Positions 19,201 through 29,671 are shown, counted from the first letter of the stretch. The stretch: 64,000 nucleotides of DNA from Vallitaleaceae bacterium (GCA_963677625.2 CAXXSW010000003.1:25594-89593); one strand, 5' to 3'. Numbers and translations: made by a program. The notes: generated by a model not told the origin, from the sequence alone.

Positions 19201-19823
19201 TGTTTTGCCTCCCTGTATTGTCTCACGTAAAAATACCCTTTTATCAAGTCAGAAAGAAAAGAAGTTAAAAGTCTTGAAACTTCATCTTCTTTAACATCTT
19301 CTAGAAGACCAATTGAACCAAACACCAAAGCATTAGTTAAGGCTCTCGTTTCAGCCTTTGACAATCCTCCCTCCATGTTTTCCACGCCCCACATAGAATA
19401 AAAGTGTTTTTTCAACATTTCTATATAGCGTTTGACAGTCTTATCATATCTGTCATCTTTTTCTCCGTTTAGAAGCATGGTAAAAACATCTTTTTCACGA
19501 ATATATAAATCCATAAATATCTGAAGAGGTACCATAATCCTTCCACCATCCTCATGAAGCATAGCCAAGTCGGGTGCTATTTGATATTGACCAGATTCCT
19601 TTACCGCAAAAATAAGTTCTTCCAATCCATCATAAACACCTTGTATCACATCATCATATAAGTCCTCTTTATTCCTATAATACCGATAGACATTACCGAC
19701 GGATACACCCGCAACTTCGGCTATGTGTTTGATTGATGATTTTTTATATCCATTTTTCGTAAAAACGCTAATACCGCTCTTACGGATTTTCTCTCTAATT
19801 TCATCTTTTAATATCTGGGCCAT
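19197..19823 (-). CDS. TetR/AcrR-family regulator
   Basis: FTKNGYKKSSIKHIAEVAGVSVGNVYRYYRNKEDL HTH; start moved to ATG 19823 (AAGGAG RBS). Confidence 0.92.
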   Translation of the reverse strand: MAQILKDEIREKIRKSGISVFTKNGYKKSSIKHIAEVAGVSVGNVYRYYRNKEDLYDDVIQGVYDGLEELIFAVKESGQYQIAPDLAMLHEDGGRIMVPLQIFMDLYIREKDVFTMLLNGEKDDRYDKTVKRYIEMLKKHFYSMWGVENMEGGLSKAETRALTNALVFGSIGLLEDVKEDEVSRLLTSFLSDLIKGYFYVRQYREAKQ

Positions 19824-19867
19824 TATATCTCCTTCTATCACCTATTTCCTCTTAAATCAATAAGAAT

Positions 19868-19931
19868 ATAATAGGGGCTACAATAATGAATATACATTCA
19901 TTATTGTAGCCCCTATTATTTATAATGTCAA
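19868..19931 (-). promoter_or_regulatory. sigma-A promoter (TTGACA-17-TACAAT) embedded in a perfect 24-bp inverted repeat with TetR operator-like core
   Basis: Arms 19868-19891 and 19896-19919 are exact reverse complements; -35 at 19926-19931, -10 at 19903-19908; core ATGAAT-ATAC-ATTCAT. Confidence 0.75.
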
Positions 19932-19965
19932 TATTAGATTTAATTAACGACTAAATGATTATTAA

Positions 19966-21861
19966 CTACAGGACAATTCGCTTATACCTGTTAACTGTCA
20001 TCACAAAATAAACCAGAAAGATTCCTCCAATGACTCCCACAGACCATCCAAGAGGACTCAATAAACTTATACCTAAAAATCGTTCCAAAGCCCTACTTGC
20101 AGCAAAAGTATGAACACTACCTAGAATTAAAGGAATAATGAAGAACATAAGAATCTGTTTATGAATAACCCCTTTCATCTTCTTATCCTCCATCCCCATA
20201 TCATGTAAAAGCTCATAAGTTCTCATATCCTCTCTTGCCTGAGAAACTATCTTAAAGTATATGATACTACCTGTTGCTAATATAAAGGCCAAACCTAGAA
20301 AGATGCCAAAAATAAAAAATAATTTTATTATAACTTGCATCAACGTATCCTTTGCTTCCTCAGGAATTAAGGTAATATTTTCACCTAATTCTTTTTCCAG
20401 TTGATCAGTTACCTCAGCAACTTTTAGGTCATCAACTAACTGTATGCCAGAAAAATATGTCTTTTCCCCATCGCAATACTTTTCAAATAGGCGATCGTAA
20501 GTATTATTGGATACAATTATAACATCGCCTCGACTCTCTCCGAATATGGGGGCACGTTTGGACCAGCTGACATCTAACTTATCCTCTCCTATCCTCAATT
20601 TACCTACACTTCCCATTGTAATATATGAACTTGGATTATTGGCATAGTAGGCTTCAGTATCTTTTAAAGGCTTAGGCGGCAAAACTTTATTCTTAGTCAC
20701 AAAAGGTATATTTTCCATATTTCGCCTGTAAGTATCTTCTGAAATGACCGTCATACTGGATGTAAATCGCCAAACATCATTACTTACTTCTTCCAATCTA
20801 TAACTTTCAATAGACCTGTTTGAGTAAGCAATTTCACTTCCTCTTTCCTTAAGTACTTCCTGTGCATGGTCAAAACCACTTCCCTTTTCATCATCCTCAA
20901 TATAAATAGAATATGGATACTGTACTTTTCTTATGTCATCATAAGAATAGGAAAAAGAGGCTGCAGTAGATATAGCAGTCAAAGTACAAGTAAGAAAGAT
21001 AGTAACCGCTGCATATACTTTATAGTTATTACCAATGCGATACCATAAGTTTGAAAAGATCAGGAGTCGATTTTTCTTATAAACCAACCTTTCCTGCTTC
21101 ATAAGACCTTTAAGTAGCATACTCATAACACTTCGATAGAATAGGAAGGTTCCTACAATAACACAGCTCACAGCTATAAGTGCATAGGTAAATATCCCAT
21201 CCGAATTCATCTGCATAGAGGCATGATACCCACATCCAATAACGATTAAGCTTAAGACTCCAATTGGAATATTTCCTTTTGGCATAGATTCTTCCTTGGC
21301 TTTACCCTTAAGAAGATCCAGTACTTTCTTTTTGTTGACTAAAACAAACCCTCTTAAGGAAGTCAGTATACCTAGTATAAGAAAAACAAGGCTAGTCACA
21401 GCCAAGTCCTTAAAGGAAACATAGAAGTCTATAGTAATTCCCATATTAAGAAAATTTACAACTATCATAACAAAAAATTTATTAAGAAGAAGACCTAAGA
21501 TGGACCCAATCACAATAGCCAAAAGGTACATCATCATATTTTCCATAGCGACCATTAAGGCAATTTTTTTCTTGGGAGCTCCAGTCATTACATATAAACC
21601 TATCTCTTTTTTTCTTTCTGCAATAAAAAACTTTGTCGAAAACATTAAAAAGAAAAAAACAAAAATCATCATGACAATTAGAGAAATAGCAACTAAACTG
21701 TTAAAGATATAAACCCCTTCCAACTGTTCGACCATAGGATTGCTTTTCAAAGACACAAATGAGAAAAAAAGAAGAACTGAAAAGATAAGAGAAAGGAGGT
21801 ATAACTTATAAAGACCAATTGATGCCTTTACATTTCCAAATGCAATCTTAATTAATTTCAT
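19966..21861 (-). CDS. BceB-like (FtsX-family) ABC transporter permease
   Basis: ERKKEIGLYVMTGAPKK, ten TM helices with a large extracellular loop, TGSIIYFK; start moved to ATG 21861 overlapping the ATPase stop. Confidence 0.9.
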   Translation of the reverse strand: MKLIKIAFGNVKASIGLYKLYLLSLIFSVLLFFSFVSLKSNPMVEQLEGVYIFNSLVAISLIVMMIFVFFFLMFSTKFFIAERKKEIGLYVMTGAPKKKIALMVAMENMMMYLLAIVIGSILGLLLNKFFVMIVVNFLNMGITIDFYVSFKDLAVTSLVFLILGILTSLRGFVLVNKKKVLDLLKGKAKEESMPKGNIPIGVLSLIVIGCGYHASMQMNSDGIFTYALIAVSCVIVGTFLFYRSVMSMLLKGLMKQERLVYKKNRLLIFSNLWYRIGNNYKVYAAVTIFLTCTLTAISTAASFSYSYDDIRKVQYPYSIYIEDDEKGSGFDHAQEVLKERGSEIAYSNRSIESYRLEEVSNDVWRFTSSMTVISEDTYRRNMENIPFVTKNKVLPPKPLKDTEAYYANNPSSYITMGSVGKLRIGEDKLDVSWSKRAPIFGESRGDVIIVSNNTYDRLFEKYCDGEKTYFSGIQLVDDLKVAEVTDQLEKELGENITLIPEEAKDTLMQVIIKLFFIFGIFLGLAFILATGSIIYFKIVSQAREDMRTYELLHDMGMEDKKMKGVIHKQILMFFIIPLILGSVHTFAASRALERFLGISLLSPLGWSVGVIGGIFLVYFVMTVNRYKRIVL

Positions 21862-22615
21862 GGCTACTACCTCCAAGATAAGCCAACTGGTCAAGAATTT
21901 CATGATAGAACCGACTTCTCTTTTCACCCTTTATAAGCTCAGAATGTTCTTTCCCATCTTTAAGGAAAACAACACGATCTGAATAAGAAGCGCTTAGAGG
22001 ATCATGGGTTACCATAAGGATTGTAACCTTTCGTTCCCTATTTAATTTTACCAAAAGCTCAAGAAGTTCCAATGATGCTTTTGAATCCAATGCTCCTGTC
22101 GGTTCATCTGCCAAAACGATAGATGGATTCTTAATAATTGCCCTTGCTGCAGCCACTCTTTGCTTTTGACCACCTGAAAGTTCATAAGGATATTTTTTAC
22201 TATGAGCTTGAATAGAAAAAAAGTTTAAAAGTTCATTGACTTTTTGATTTAGTTCATCATAAGATCGATTATCAAAAGTCATAGGCAAGGCAATATTTTC
22301 AAATACTGTCAAATGATCCAAAAGATTATAGTCCTGAAAAAGATAACCTATGTGATTACTCCTAAAGCCTGACAAAGCTTTTTTCTTCATTTTAGCCATA
22401 TCCTCACCCTTAAAATAGATGGCCCCTGCAGAAGCAAGGTCAATTGTGGCCAGTATATTAAGTAATGTCGTTTTTCCTGAACCGGATGGTCCCATCACAC
22501 TGACAAACTCGCCTTCTTGAACCTCCATGTTGACTCCGTTTAGTGCTCTAGTCTCTATGCCTCTACTTTTATAAATTTTCGTCAAATGATTAATACTAAT
22601 TAAATTATGCTCCAT
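21848..22615 (-). CDS. BceA-like ABC transporter ATP-binding protein
   Basis: GPSGSGKTT, LSGGQKQR, LADEPTGALDSK, VTHDPLSASY. Confidence 0.95.
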   Translation of the reverse strand: MEHNLISINHLTKIYKSRGIETRALNGVNMEVQEGEFVSVMGPSGSGKTTLLNILATIDLASAGAIYFKGEDMAKMKKKALSGFRSNHIGYLFQDYNLLDHLTVFENIALPMTFDNRSYDELNQKVNELLNFFSIQAHSKKYPYELSGGQKQRVAAARAIIKNPSIVLADEPTGALDSKASLELLELLVKLNRERKVTILMVTHDPLSASYSDRVVFLKDGKEHSELIKGEKRSRFYHEILDQLAYLGGSSHEIN

Positions 22616-22683
22616 AACTTTCTCCTTTTTGTTTTGTTAATCATATTTTATCTCTTGTAAAACTTTTCATCCATCGATTAACA

Positions 22684-22712
22684 TGACAAAAAGGTGACAT
22701 TTTTGTCACCTT
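22684..22712 (-). promoter_or_regulatory. BceR/GraR-type response-regulator box
   Basis: AAGGTGACA-N4-TGTCACCTT inverted repeat (22691-22712) plus an extra half site at 22684-22688, ~85 nt upstream of the ATPase; matches the TnACA-N4-TGTnA architecture of Bce-like promoters. Confidence 0.7.
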
Positions 22713-23658
22713 ATCCCTTATAAGCTTTTCTTATTCTATCATTTTTGGACTCTTTAGGGACAGAAAGCTGTATTTTAAGACCCATCTCATCTCCATGAAA
22801 AGACTTAATCTCAATGCTCATTAATCTACCGACTTTCCGACACAAATAGAGTCCAAATCCTGTGGATTGGTTTGAATTCCTGCCATTTTTACCAACAAAA
22901 CCTCGACTAAACATCTTTTCAAGTTCATTGTCTAAAACCCCAATTCCATTATCTTCAATATAGACGATAACTTGGTCCGGCTTATCTTCAATATCAATAT
23001 GAATCCATCCATTTTCACCAGTATACTTATAACTATTATGAATAATCTGACTTAGGATATATAATAACCATTTTCTATCAGCCAGTCCCTGTCCCTGTCC
23101 CTTGATTTCTACAGATATGTTCTTATGGATAAGTAGACGCTTAAAACCTTTCACAGCCTCTACAATGATAGGTCTTAAGTCAAGAATCTCAATCTTTAAG
23201 TCTATCTGGGTTGATCTAGACCTATTCAAGAACAAGAGCTGATTAATAAGAAAATTGATTCGGTCCAGCTCTCTTCCAAGTGCTGTTTCTTCTTTTTCTC
23301 CAAACTCTTCAATAATTAACCTTGCTACTGAAAGAGGGACTTTCACCTCATGGACCCATTTAGTCAAATAGTCTCCAATCTCACTGATCTTGTCATCTAA
23401 TCCCTCTAACTTTCTCTCCTCTTGCCTGATAATTCGAATCATATCCTCTTGTTTCCATAAATCTTTTGTGAACCCATAGAAATCAAAAAACAAAAAAGCT
23501 ATGGTCAAAACACCAAGAAGGATATTCATATACAAGGCGTCAACCCCAGTTAGGTCAACGCCACTTGTGTGAAGAATTCCATTTACAATTACAAAAAAAA
23601 GTGATATATAAACAATCAAATGCAAACGTTTTTTTAGGTATGCTAATACTTTAATCAT
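22711..23658 (-). CDS. BceS-like intramembrane-sensing histidine kinase
   Basis: Two TM helices with almost no loop, KWVHEVKVPLS H-box, QIIHNSYKY, STGFGLYLC. Confidence 0.92.
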   Translation of the reverse strand: MIKVLAYLKKRLHLIVYISLFFVIVNGILHTSGVDLTGVDALYMNILLGVLTIAFLFFDFYGFTKDLWKQEDMIRIIRQEERKLEGLDDKISEIGDYLTKWVHEVKVPLSVARLIIEEFGEKEETALGRELDRINFLINQLLFLNRSRSTQIDLKIEILDLRPIIVEAVKGFKRLLIHKNISVEIKGQGQGLADRKWLLYILSQIIHNSYKYTGENGWIHIDIEDKPDQVIVYIEDNGIGVLDNELEKMFSRGFVGKNGRNSNQSTGFGLYLCRKVGRLMSIEIKSFHGDEMGLKIQLSVPKESKNDRIRKAYKG

Positions 23659-23674
23659 TTTTATCTTCCATCCT

Positions 23675-24364
23675 TTAATCCGAACCATCCAAACTTAATA
23701 TATATCCTTGACCTTTCTTTGTTTCAATAGCATGGCCAATCCCTAAGTTTTGCAATTTTTGCCTTAATCGATTTACATTCACCGTCAGGGTATTATCATT
23801 AACAAATTGGTCATCGTCCCATAAAACTTCCATTAATCTGTTTCTTGAGACAATTTTCTCTTTTTTTCTCACTAGCTCGTGAAGTATTCTCCATTCATTC
23901 CTAGTCAATTCTAAGCTTTGATCATGATAGACAAGTGCTGACTGTTCTTCCACTAGCCGCAACCCGTGATATTCAAGTTGGTCCCAACCTTCTTCCTGCC
24001 TTATAGACCTTCTTATAATAGCCTTGATTTTAGCAAGTAAAACTTCTGTAGAAAAAGGTTTAGTGATATAATCATCACCACCAATTTCCATACCGTGGAC
24101 TATATCCATATCCATATCTTTACTGGAAATAAAAACCAATGGTACATTTGAAATTTTCCGAATTTGTCGACACCAATAATATCCATCATACATAGGCAAG
24201 ACTATGTCCATTAAAACCAAGTCAGGCATATAATTTACAAATACCTCAATTACTTGATCAAATTCTGAAACACCTTTCACATCATAACCATATGATTCTA
24301 AGACATTCTTAACTTTTTCTCTTAAATGATTATCATCCTCTACAATAAGTATTTTTTCAGTCAT
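23675..24364 (-). CDS. BceR-like OmpR-family response regulator
   Basis: IVEDD, LMDIVLPMYDGYYWCRQIRKIS, GGDDYITKPF, NTLTVNVNRLR. Confidence 0.95.
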   Translation of the reverse strand: MTEKILIVEDDNHLREKVKNVLESYGYDVKGVSEFDQVIEVFVNYMPDLVLMDIVLPMYDGYYWCRQIRKISNVPLVFISSKDMDMDIVHGMEIGGDDYITKPFSTEVLLAKIKAIIRRSIRQEEGWDQLEYHGLRLVEEQSALVYHDQSLELTRNEWRILHELVRKKEKIVSRNRLMEVLWDDDQFVNDNTLTVNVNRLRQKLQNLGIGHAIETKKGQGYILSLDGSD

Positions 24365-24701
24365 TATGAAACCTTCCTGTCATCTTTTTTTCTATATTTA
24401 ATCTTTATCTTATACCAAGGCTATTTCCTACTTATATTTCCGAATCAAAAGCCCCTCAACCTAATCTATATAGAAGTCATCTCTATTATAATTGAAACAC
24501 TAAAATTGTATAATGACTTTCAGACTTTTTTCATTAAATTCTAATCTAAGCTTTTGACTTTTTAAGTCTTACTTTCCGATAAAGCTCCTTTTTCAATAGC
24601 ACTTCCTATTATACACTATTTCTCTTTCTAACTTTATTTCATGAAATTCTAATACACACTTTCCATAGATATGATATCATTAAATCAAAGGAGATATTTA
24701 T

Positions 24702-25808
24702 ATGACAGAAAACAAAAAACTTATTCAATATTTCATATTTACTCTTGCTGTACTTATTGCCGGACGGATGATTTTTATGGGCGATATTATCGCTTGGTTG
24801 GCCTCAGGAGCCACACCTGTTGTCATCATGCTTTTGACTATTTATCTCATGCTTCCTATGGTCAATAAATACCAGCTTATCTTGGAAAAAAAGGCCAGTA
24901 AAAGCAAAAGAACCCTATCGGTTGTCCTTGCTTTTTTGACCATATTTTTAATTATTGCAAGCTTTATTTCCATCATACTGCCCAGTCTGATTAGTTCGAT
25001 TTCTGCTATTGTCGACCAATTACCAAAATCAACCAATCAAATTACCAGTATCATCATGGGACTTCCCTTTGTAAACCTTTTTATTGAAGAAAGTGAACTT
25101 ACCACCTTTTTCAATAATTTCAGTAACATACTTGTTTCTTTTAGCGAAAATATCATTCAGTACTCCACTAATATTATTATTTCTTTTAAGGATGCCGTTA
25201 TTGCTCTAGGTATATTTATACTTTCCTTATTGATGGCTTTCTATGCTTTAAGAGACTACACACAAATCGAGGAAAATATAGAATTACATCTTCGTGCAAT
25301 TTTTGGGGATTCCATCATATCACCTATTGTACGAGTTGCTAAATTGACAGACCAATCAATGAAAAAATTTCTATTAGGCAAACTTTACACCTGCCTCTTT
25401 TTAGGATTAATGGTTGGTGCCTTTGGCCTGATTTACAATCTTATCTTTCCAAAGGACATCCCTTATTTACCCCTCATAGCATTTATTATAGGTATCACTA
25501 ACATAATACCCTATGTTGGACCATTTATCGGGACTGTTCCATCCATTATATTTGCTCTCATAAACGGCTTTGTACCTGCTTTAGCACTTATTATCATCGT
25601 CCTAATAGCTCAACAAATAGATAATATTTTAATTTCACCTAAGATTATTGGCGATTCAGTGGGCCTTAAGCCTTTTTGGGTACTCTTTTCTGTAACCGTT
25701 GGTGGACGTCTTTTCGGTATCTTGGGTATGCTTTTAACAGTACCCATCGCTTCCGTTATTTTAGTACTATTAGATGAAAAAGTTAAACAATATCAACTAG
25801 ATAAATAA
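24702..25808 (+). CDS. AI-2E family transporter (PerM/YhhT, UPF0118)
   Basis: TM-rich; ITNIIPYVGPFIG, QQIDNILISPKIIGDSVGLKP, GMLLTVP. Confidence 0.92.
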   Translation: MTENKKLIQYFIFTLAVLIAGRMIFMGDIIAWLASGATPVVIMLLTIYLMLPMVNKYQLILEKKASKSKRTLSVVLAFLTIFLIIASFISIILPSLISSISAIVDQLPKSTNQITSIIMGLPFVNLFIEESELTTFFNNFSNILVSFSENIIQYSTNIIISFKDAVIALGIFILSLLMAFYALRDYTQIEENIELHLRAIFGDSIISPIVRVAKLTDQSMKKFLLGKLYTCLFLGLMVGAFGLIYNLIFPKDIPYLPLIAFIIGITNIIPYVGPFIGTVPSIIFALINGFVPALALIIIVLIAQQIDNILISPKIIGDSVGLKPFWVLFSVTVGGRLFGILGMLLTVPIASVILVLLDEKVKQYQLDK

Positions 25809-25831
25809 TAAAAAGGATATTACTCTATCAT

Positions 25832-26440
25832 CTATAGGGTAATATCCAATAAATTTCCTTTAGTATTTATCTGCTTGGCCTTTCCATAATTGGCAAGAAG
25901 ACTTGTATTTTCATTTGCCTTCTTAGCAGCCGTTGTTGTCTTAGTTACACCTCCTGAAACATAGGATTTCCCACATTCAGGACAAACAGCAGTAAAAAGC
26001 TGAACACTTTGGCTGACAACTTCCCGATCATGCATTTCAGCATTTGAACCTTCTCTGGACACATGTTCCATCTCATGTCCCATAACAACCGAACCTGATA
26101 TTTCAGGACTGATATGCTGCGGTGACTTGAAGGAGACTCCTGGGTCATTTGATCCATCTTGATACGTTCTTGAAGCACATGTGGCACATTCAATTACGCC
26201 CATCCCCTTTAAAGCTTTCTCATCAAACTGTTCCTTTAATTTATTCAATCGATTTTCTGACGGTGTAATAAAATTCCCAGAAGTATTTATTTGACTTCCA
26301 ACCAATGACACACTCTTTGCTTGATGCCTAACACTAGGTGCTTCATTCTTGCCAAAAGTTTTACCACTCTGGTCATAATTAGTATACACTTGTCCCTGAG
26401 GCGATGTATAACCCTGTATCTGATTACCTATTGATTGCAT
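25832..26440 (-). CDS. Conserved hypothetical putative Zn-binding protein (CxxC...HEMEH...CPECG)
   Basis: ECATCASRTYQDGSNDPGVSFK, GHEMEHV, CPECGKSYVSGG; C-terminus KGNLLDITL. Confidence 0.7.
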   Translation of the reverse strand: MQSIGNQIQGYTSPQGQVYTNYDQSGKTFGKNEAPSVRHQAKSVSLVGSQINTSGNFITPSENRLNKLKEQFDEKALKGMGVIECATCASRTYQDGSNDPGVSFKSPQHISPEISGSVVMGHEMEHVSREGSNAEMHDREVVSQSVQLFTAVCPECGKSYVSGGVTKTTTAAKKANENTSLLANYGKAKQINTKGNLLDITL

Positions 26441-26473
26441 TCTATCACTTCCCAATACGCATAAAGCACAACA

Positions 26474-27331
26474 CTAAATCTCCAATAAGACGTCGTCTTT
26501 CTCTATGATGTCTGCAACTTCTGACATAATCTCGGTCAACATGATATCATCAAGCCCCAACATCCGAACTGAATCAGAAAAAAATTCATAGGCAAGACCA
26601 TCGATACCGATATGGATTCCCATCATCATGACAAGTGAATCTGAAATATGAGTTATAGCCACCAATTCTGGATTCACAAAAGCTACAGCCGGATTATGGT
26701 GACAGGCAATAACTTCAACCAGTTCTTCAGGAAGGTTCCAATTTTCTGCAATCTTGGCACCAATCTGACCATGATGATAACCCAGTACCATTTCCTCAGC
26801 AACAATAAATGACTTCCCTTCATTCTCTACAAGGAAGTTAATGTCATCATAAGCACCTTCCACATAGGTATCCAATATAACCTTACCAATATCTCGAAGC
26901 AATCCAGCAGTATATGCTTGGTCAGGATTTACATATTTTATTTTTTTAGCTATGGTTCTTGTCATAATCGCTGATATTTGTGACTGTTTCCATAAGGCTT
27001 CCTTCTCCAAAGCGTATCCAGGTAGTTCCTTATTCATAACAGAACCGGCAACTGTTGCCAGTACCATACTCTGAATTGCAGAAAACCCCAATAAGACACT
27101 GGCATCTACTACAGTAGAAATCTCTCTCCTACCACGATAGAAGGCTGAATTAGCCAATTTTAAAATCTTTGTAGTCAAACCCTGGTCTTTCATAATTTCC
27201 GTCTCAAGATCCTTAGCTCCTGTCCTATCATCAGCAATGATTTCAAGGATACGAAGGATTGTCTGCGGAAAAGGCGGGATCTCTTTGACTTTATTAACGA
27301 TTTCTTCCATAGTCAGTTCTTTATTATCCAT
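26474..27331 (-). CDS. HDOD domain protein
   Basis: IPPFPQTILRIL, KDQGLTTKILKLANSAFY, TAGLLRDIGK, HGQIGAKIAENWNLP, HHNP. Confidence 0.92.
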   Translation of the reverse strand: MDNKELTMEEIVNKVKEIPPFPQTILRILEIIADDRTGAKDLETEIMKDQGLTTKILKLANSAFYRGRREISTVVDASVLLGFSAIQSMVLATVAGSVMNKELPGYALEKEALWKQSQISAIMTRTIAKKIKYVNPDQAYTAGLLRDIGKVILDTYVEGAYDDINFLVENEGKSFIVAEEMVLGYHHGQIGAKIAENWNLPEELVEVIACHHNPAVAFVNPELVAITHISDSLVMMMGIHIGIDGLAYEFFSDSVRMLGLDDIMLTEIMSEVADIIEKDDVLLEI

Positions 27332-27546
27332 ACCCACTGTTTTGTCACCTTTCAAAACCTTACATTCTTCTTCTCATTATACTACAAGTATACAGTAAGA
27401 ATATTAACAATTAATGAATATACTCTTTTTTTTTCACAATTTTATTATATCATGAATAATTTATATATCCCAATCATAGATAAAGGATGTTGACAGAAAT
27501 AAAAATCTATCAACATCCCAGTATTATCAGTAGACATTATGCTATT

Positions 27547-28602
27547 TTAAATATTACAGTTTACAGCTATACCTTTTTCATCAGATTCAAAGGCAGCTTC
27601 CATAACCTTCATAACTCGAAGGGCCTGTTCAGGTGTTATTCTAAGTGGTCCCTCACCCTTTATGGCGTCAATCAGTCCATCATATACAACCGTAATTTTA
27701 TCCACTACTTCCATAGGCTCTGAAAGATCAATGGTTTCCGTTGATTCAGAACGTCTTGGTGCCATGGTCTTCGTTGGGCCGGCCTTAGTATAAACAATTT
27801 CTTCTGTCCATGAATTTTCCTTGTCAACACAGCGTACGATCTGCCCTTCACATTCCCAATTATCTATCTGAAGGGTACCGTCAGTACCTAGAACATACCA
27901 TCTTGGATGTGTAATATAATTATTAGTTGACACCTCAACATGGGCAGTCAAACCACTTTCAAAAGTCATAGTCAAACGAAAGTTATCATCTACCTCGTCA
28001 TATTCAATCCGGTACATTTTACAGAAAACATTAGTTACCGGTTCTTTAATCATGTACATAAGCTGATCAATAAGATGTACTCCCCAGTCTAGCATCATGC
28101 CACCACCTAGGGCCTTGATAGTTCTCCAACCCTTAGGCATACCTCTAGAACCTTCAACTCGAGATTCAATCACATAAGGTTTTCCTAAATCTCCAGCTTC
28201 AACGTGCTTTTTCATCAATTGAAAATCTTTATTGGTTCTACGGTTCTGGTTAATAGTGAAGATTTGACCGGTTTCCTTGGCTACTTCCATAATGTCAATA
28301 AGTTCTTGAGAACTCAGAGTCACTGGTTTTTCACAAATAACATGTTTTCCAGCTCTAAGGGCTTCAATAGAAAGTTCTCTATGCATCTCATTAGTTGTGG
28401 CTACCAGTACAATATCTACTTCTTTATCACCTAGAAGTTCTTCTTTTGACCTATATTGATACAAACCTCTTTGACCTGCAACTTCCATACGTTCAGGATT
28501 CACATCATAAACCCCTTTAATCTTGAGGCGGTCATAATCTTTAAGTTCCTTATGGTGATATGAAGCCATACCTCCAAAACCAATAATTGCTAGTGTCAAC
28601 AT
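27547..28602 (-). CDS. Gfo/Idh/MocA family oxidoreductase
   Basis: IIGFGGMA, HVICEKPV, NQNRR, GGGMMLDWGVHLIDQ. Confidence 0.92.
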   Translation of the reverse strand: MLTLAIIGFGGMASYHHKELKDYDRLKIKGVYDVNPERMEVAGQRGLYQYRSKEELLGDKEVDIVLVATTNEMHRELSIEALRAGKHVICEKPVTLSSQELIDIMEVAKETGQIFTINQNRRTNKDFQLMKKHVEAGDLGKPYVIESRVEGSRGMPKGWRTIKALGGGMMLDWGVHLIDQLMYMIKEPVTNVFCKMYRIEYDEVDDNFRLTMTFESGLTAHVEVSTNNYITHPRWYVLGTDGTLQIDNWECEGQIVRCVDKENSWTEEIVYTKAGPTKTMAPRRSESTETIDLSEPMEVVDKITVVYDGLIDAIKGEGPLRITPEQALRVMKVMEAAFESDEKGIAVNCNI

Positions 28603-28638
28603 TTTATTACCTCCTACTTCCAATTCAGAGTCATCGGC

Positions 28639-29604
28639 TTAAGCCCACCACATATCACCCTGTTCTTCAAATATAATAACGTCTTTCAAAAATTCCACAG
28701 CTTTTGACAAGCCTTCATCAACGGACATAAGCGCATCCTCATGTTCAATACTGATTACTCCATCATAACCAACCAATCTCAAACTTGAGATAATATTATT
28801 CCATACTCCTTTATCATGTCCATATCCAACCGTTCTAAAAGTCCATGAACGGTCCATAAGATTGCCGTAATGTCCAACATCTAGGACACCATTAACAGCT
28901 GTGTTGTGCTCATCAATGTTAGTATCTTTTGCATGGAAATGATGAATAGCACCCTTTAAGTATTTTATGGATTCTACAGGATTCATACCTTGCCAGAACA
29001 AATGACTCGGATCAACGTTAGCACCGATTGTATCTCCACAAGCTTCTCTCAACCTCATAAGCGTTGCTGGATTATATACACAGAAACCTGGATGCATTTC
29101 TAAAGCTATCTTAGTTACACCATGTTCATTAGCAAACTTGACCATGTCTTTCCAATATGGAATCAAGACTTCATTCCACTGATAATCAAGAATCTTACCA
29201 TAATCTTCAGGCCAAGAACAAGTAACCCAGTTTGGATACTGAGAGTGGGCTGAATCACCTGGGCATCCAGAAAATCCAACTAAGGTATGTACATCTAATT
29301 TTTCGGCCAAAAGAATGGCATTAACAAATTGGTCATGATACGTCTTAGCCGTTTCCTTATTAGGGTGAACAGGATTACCATGACAAGAAATAGCTGAAAT
29401 CTCCATATCATTGGTTTTCACTATATCTTTAATTCCTTGTATTTTTTCATCATCATCAAGAAGTTCAGATGGGTTCAAATGTTCCATACCAGGGTATCCC
29501 CCAGCTCCGACCTCTAATGACTGAACTCCCATATTTTTCAGCTTTTTAACAGCTTCTTCAAAAGACAGTCCGTATAATGGTACTGTTAAAACTCCTAATT
29601 TCAT
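28639..29604 (-). CDS. Sugar-phosphate isomerase/epimerase-family TIM barrel (YfiH/YcjR/IolE-like)
   Basis: LEVGAGGYPG, SCHGNPVHP, ALEMHPGF, NVDPSHLFWQG, HFHAKDT, SIEHED. Confidence 0.9.
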   Translation of the reverse strand: MKLGVLTVPLYGLSFEEAVKKLKNMGVQSLEVGAGGYPGMEHLNPSELLDDDEKIQGIKDIVKTNDMEISAISCHGNPVHPNKETAKTYHDQFVNAILLAEKLDVHTLVGFSGCPGDSAHSQYPNWVTCSWPEDYGKILDYQWNEVLIPYWKDMVKFANEHGVTKIALEMHPGFCVYNPATLMRLREACGDTIGANVDPSHLFWQGMNPVESIKYLKGAIHHFHAKDTNIDEHNTAVNGVLDVGHYGNLMDRSWTFRTVGYGHDKGVWNNIISSLRLVGYDGVISIEHEDALMSVDEGLSKAVEFLKDVIIFEEQGDMWWA

Positions 29605-29671
29605 AATCTATCCTTTCTCAATAAAAACACTGCTTATTGATATCTCATTACTAAATCCATGTATAATTCTT

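Noticed and set aside
24546-24596. 16-aa K/R-rich TTG ORF (MKKELYRKVRLKKSKA) upstream of the bceR-like gene
   Set aside because: Weak RBS, no clear terminator/antiterminator pair, and short basic ORFs are common by chance in AT-rich DNA.
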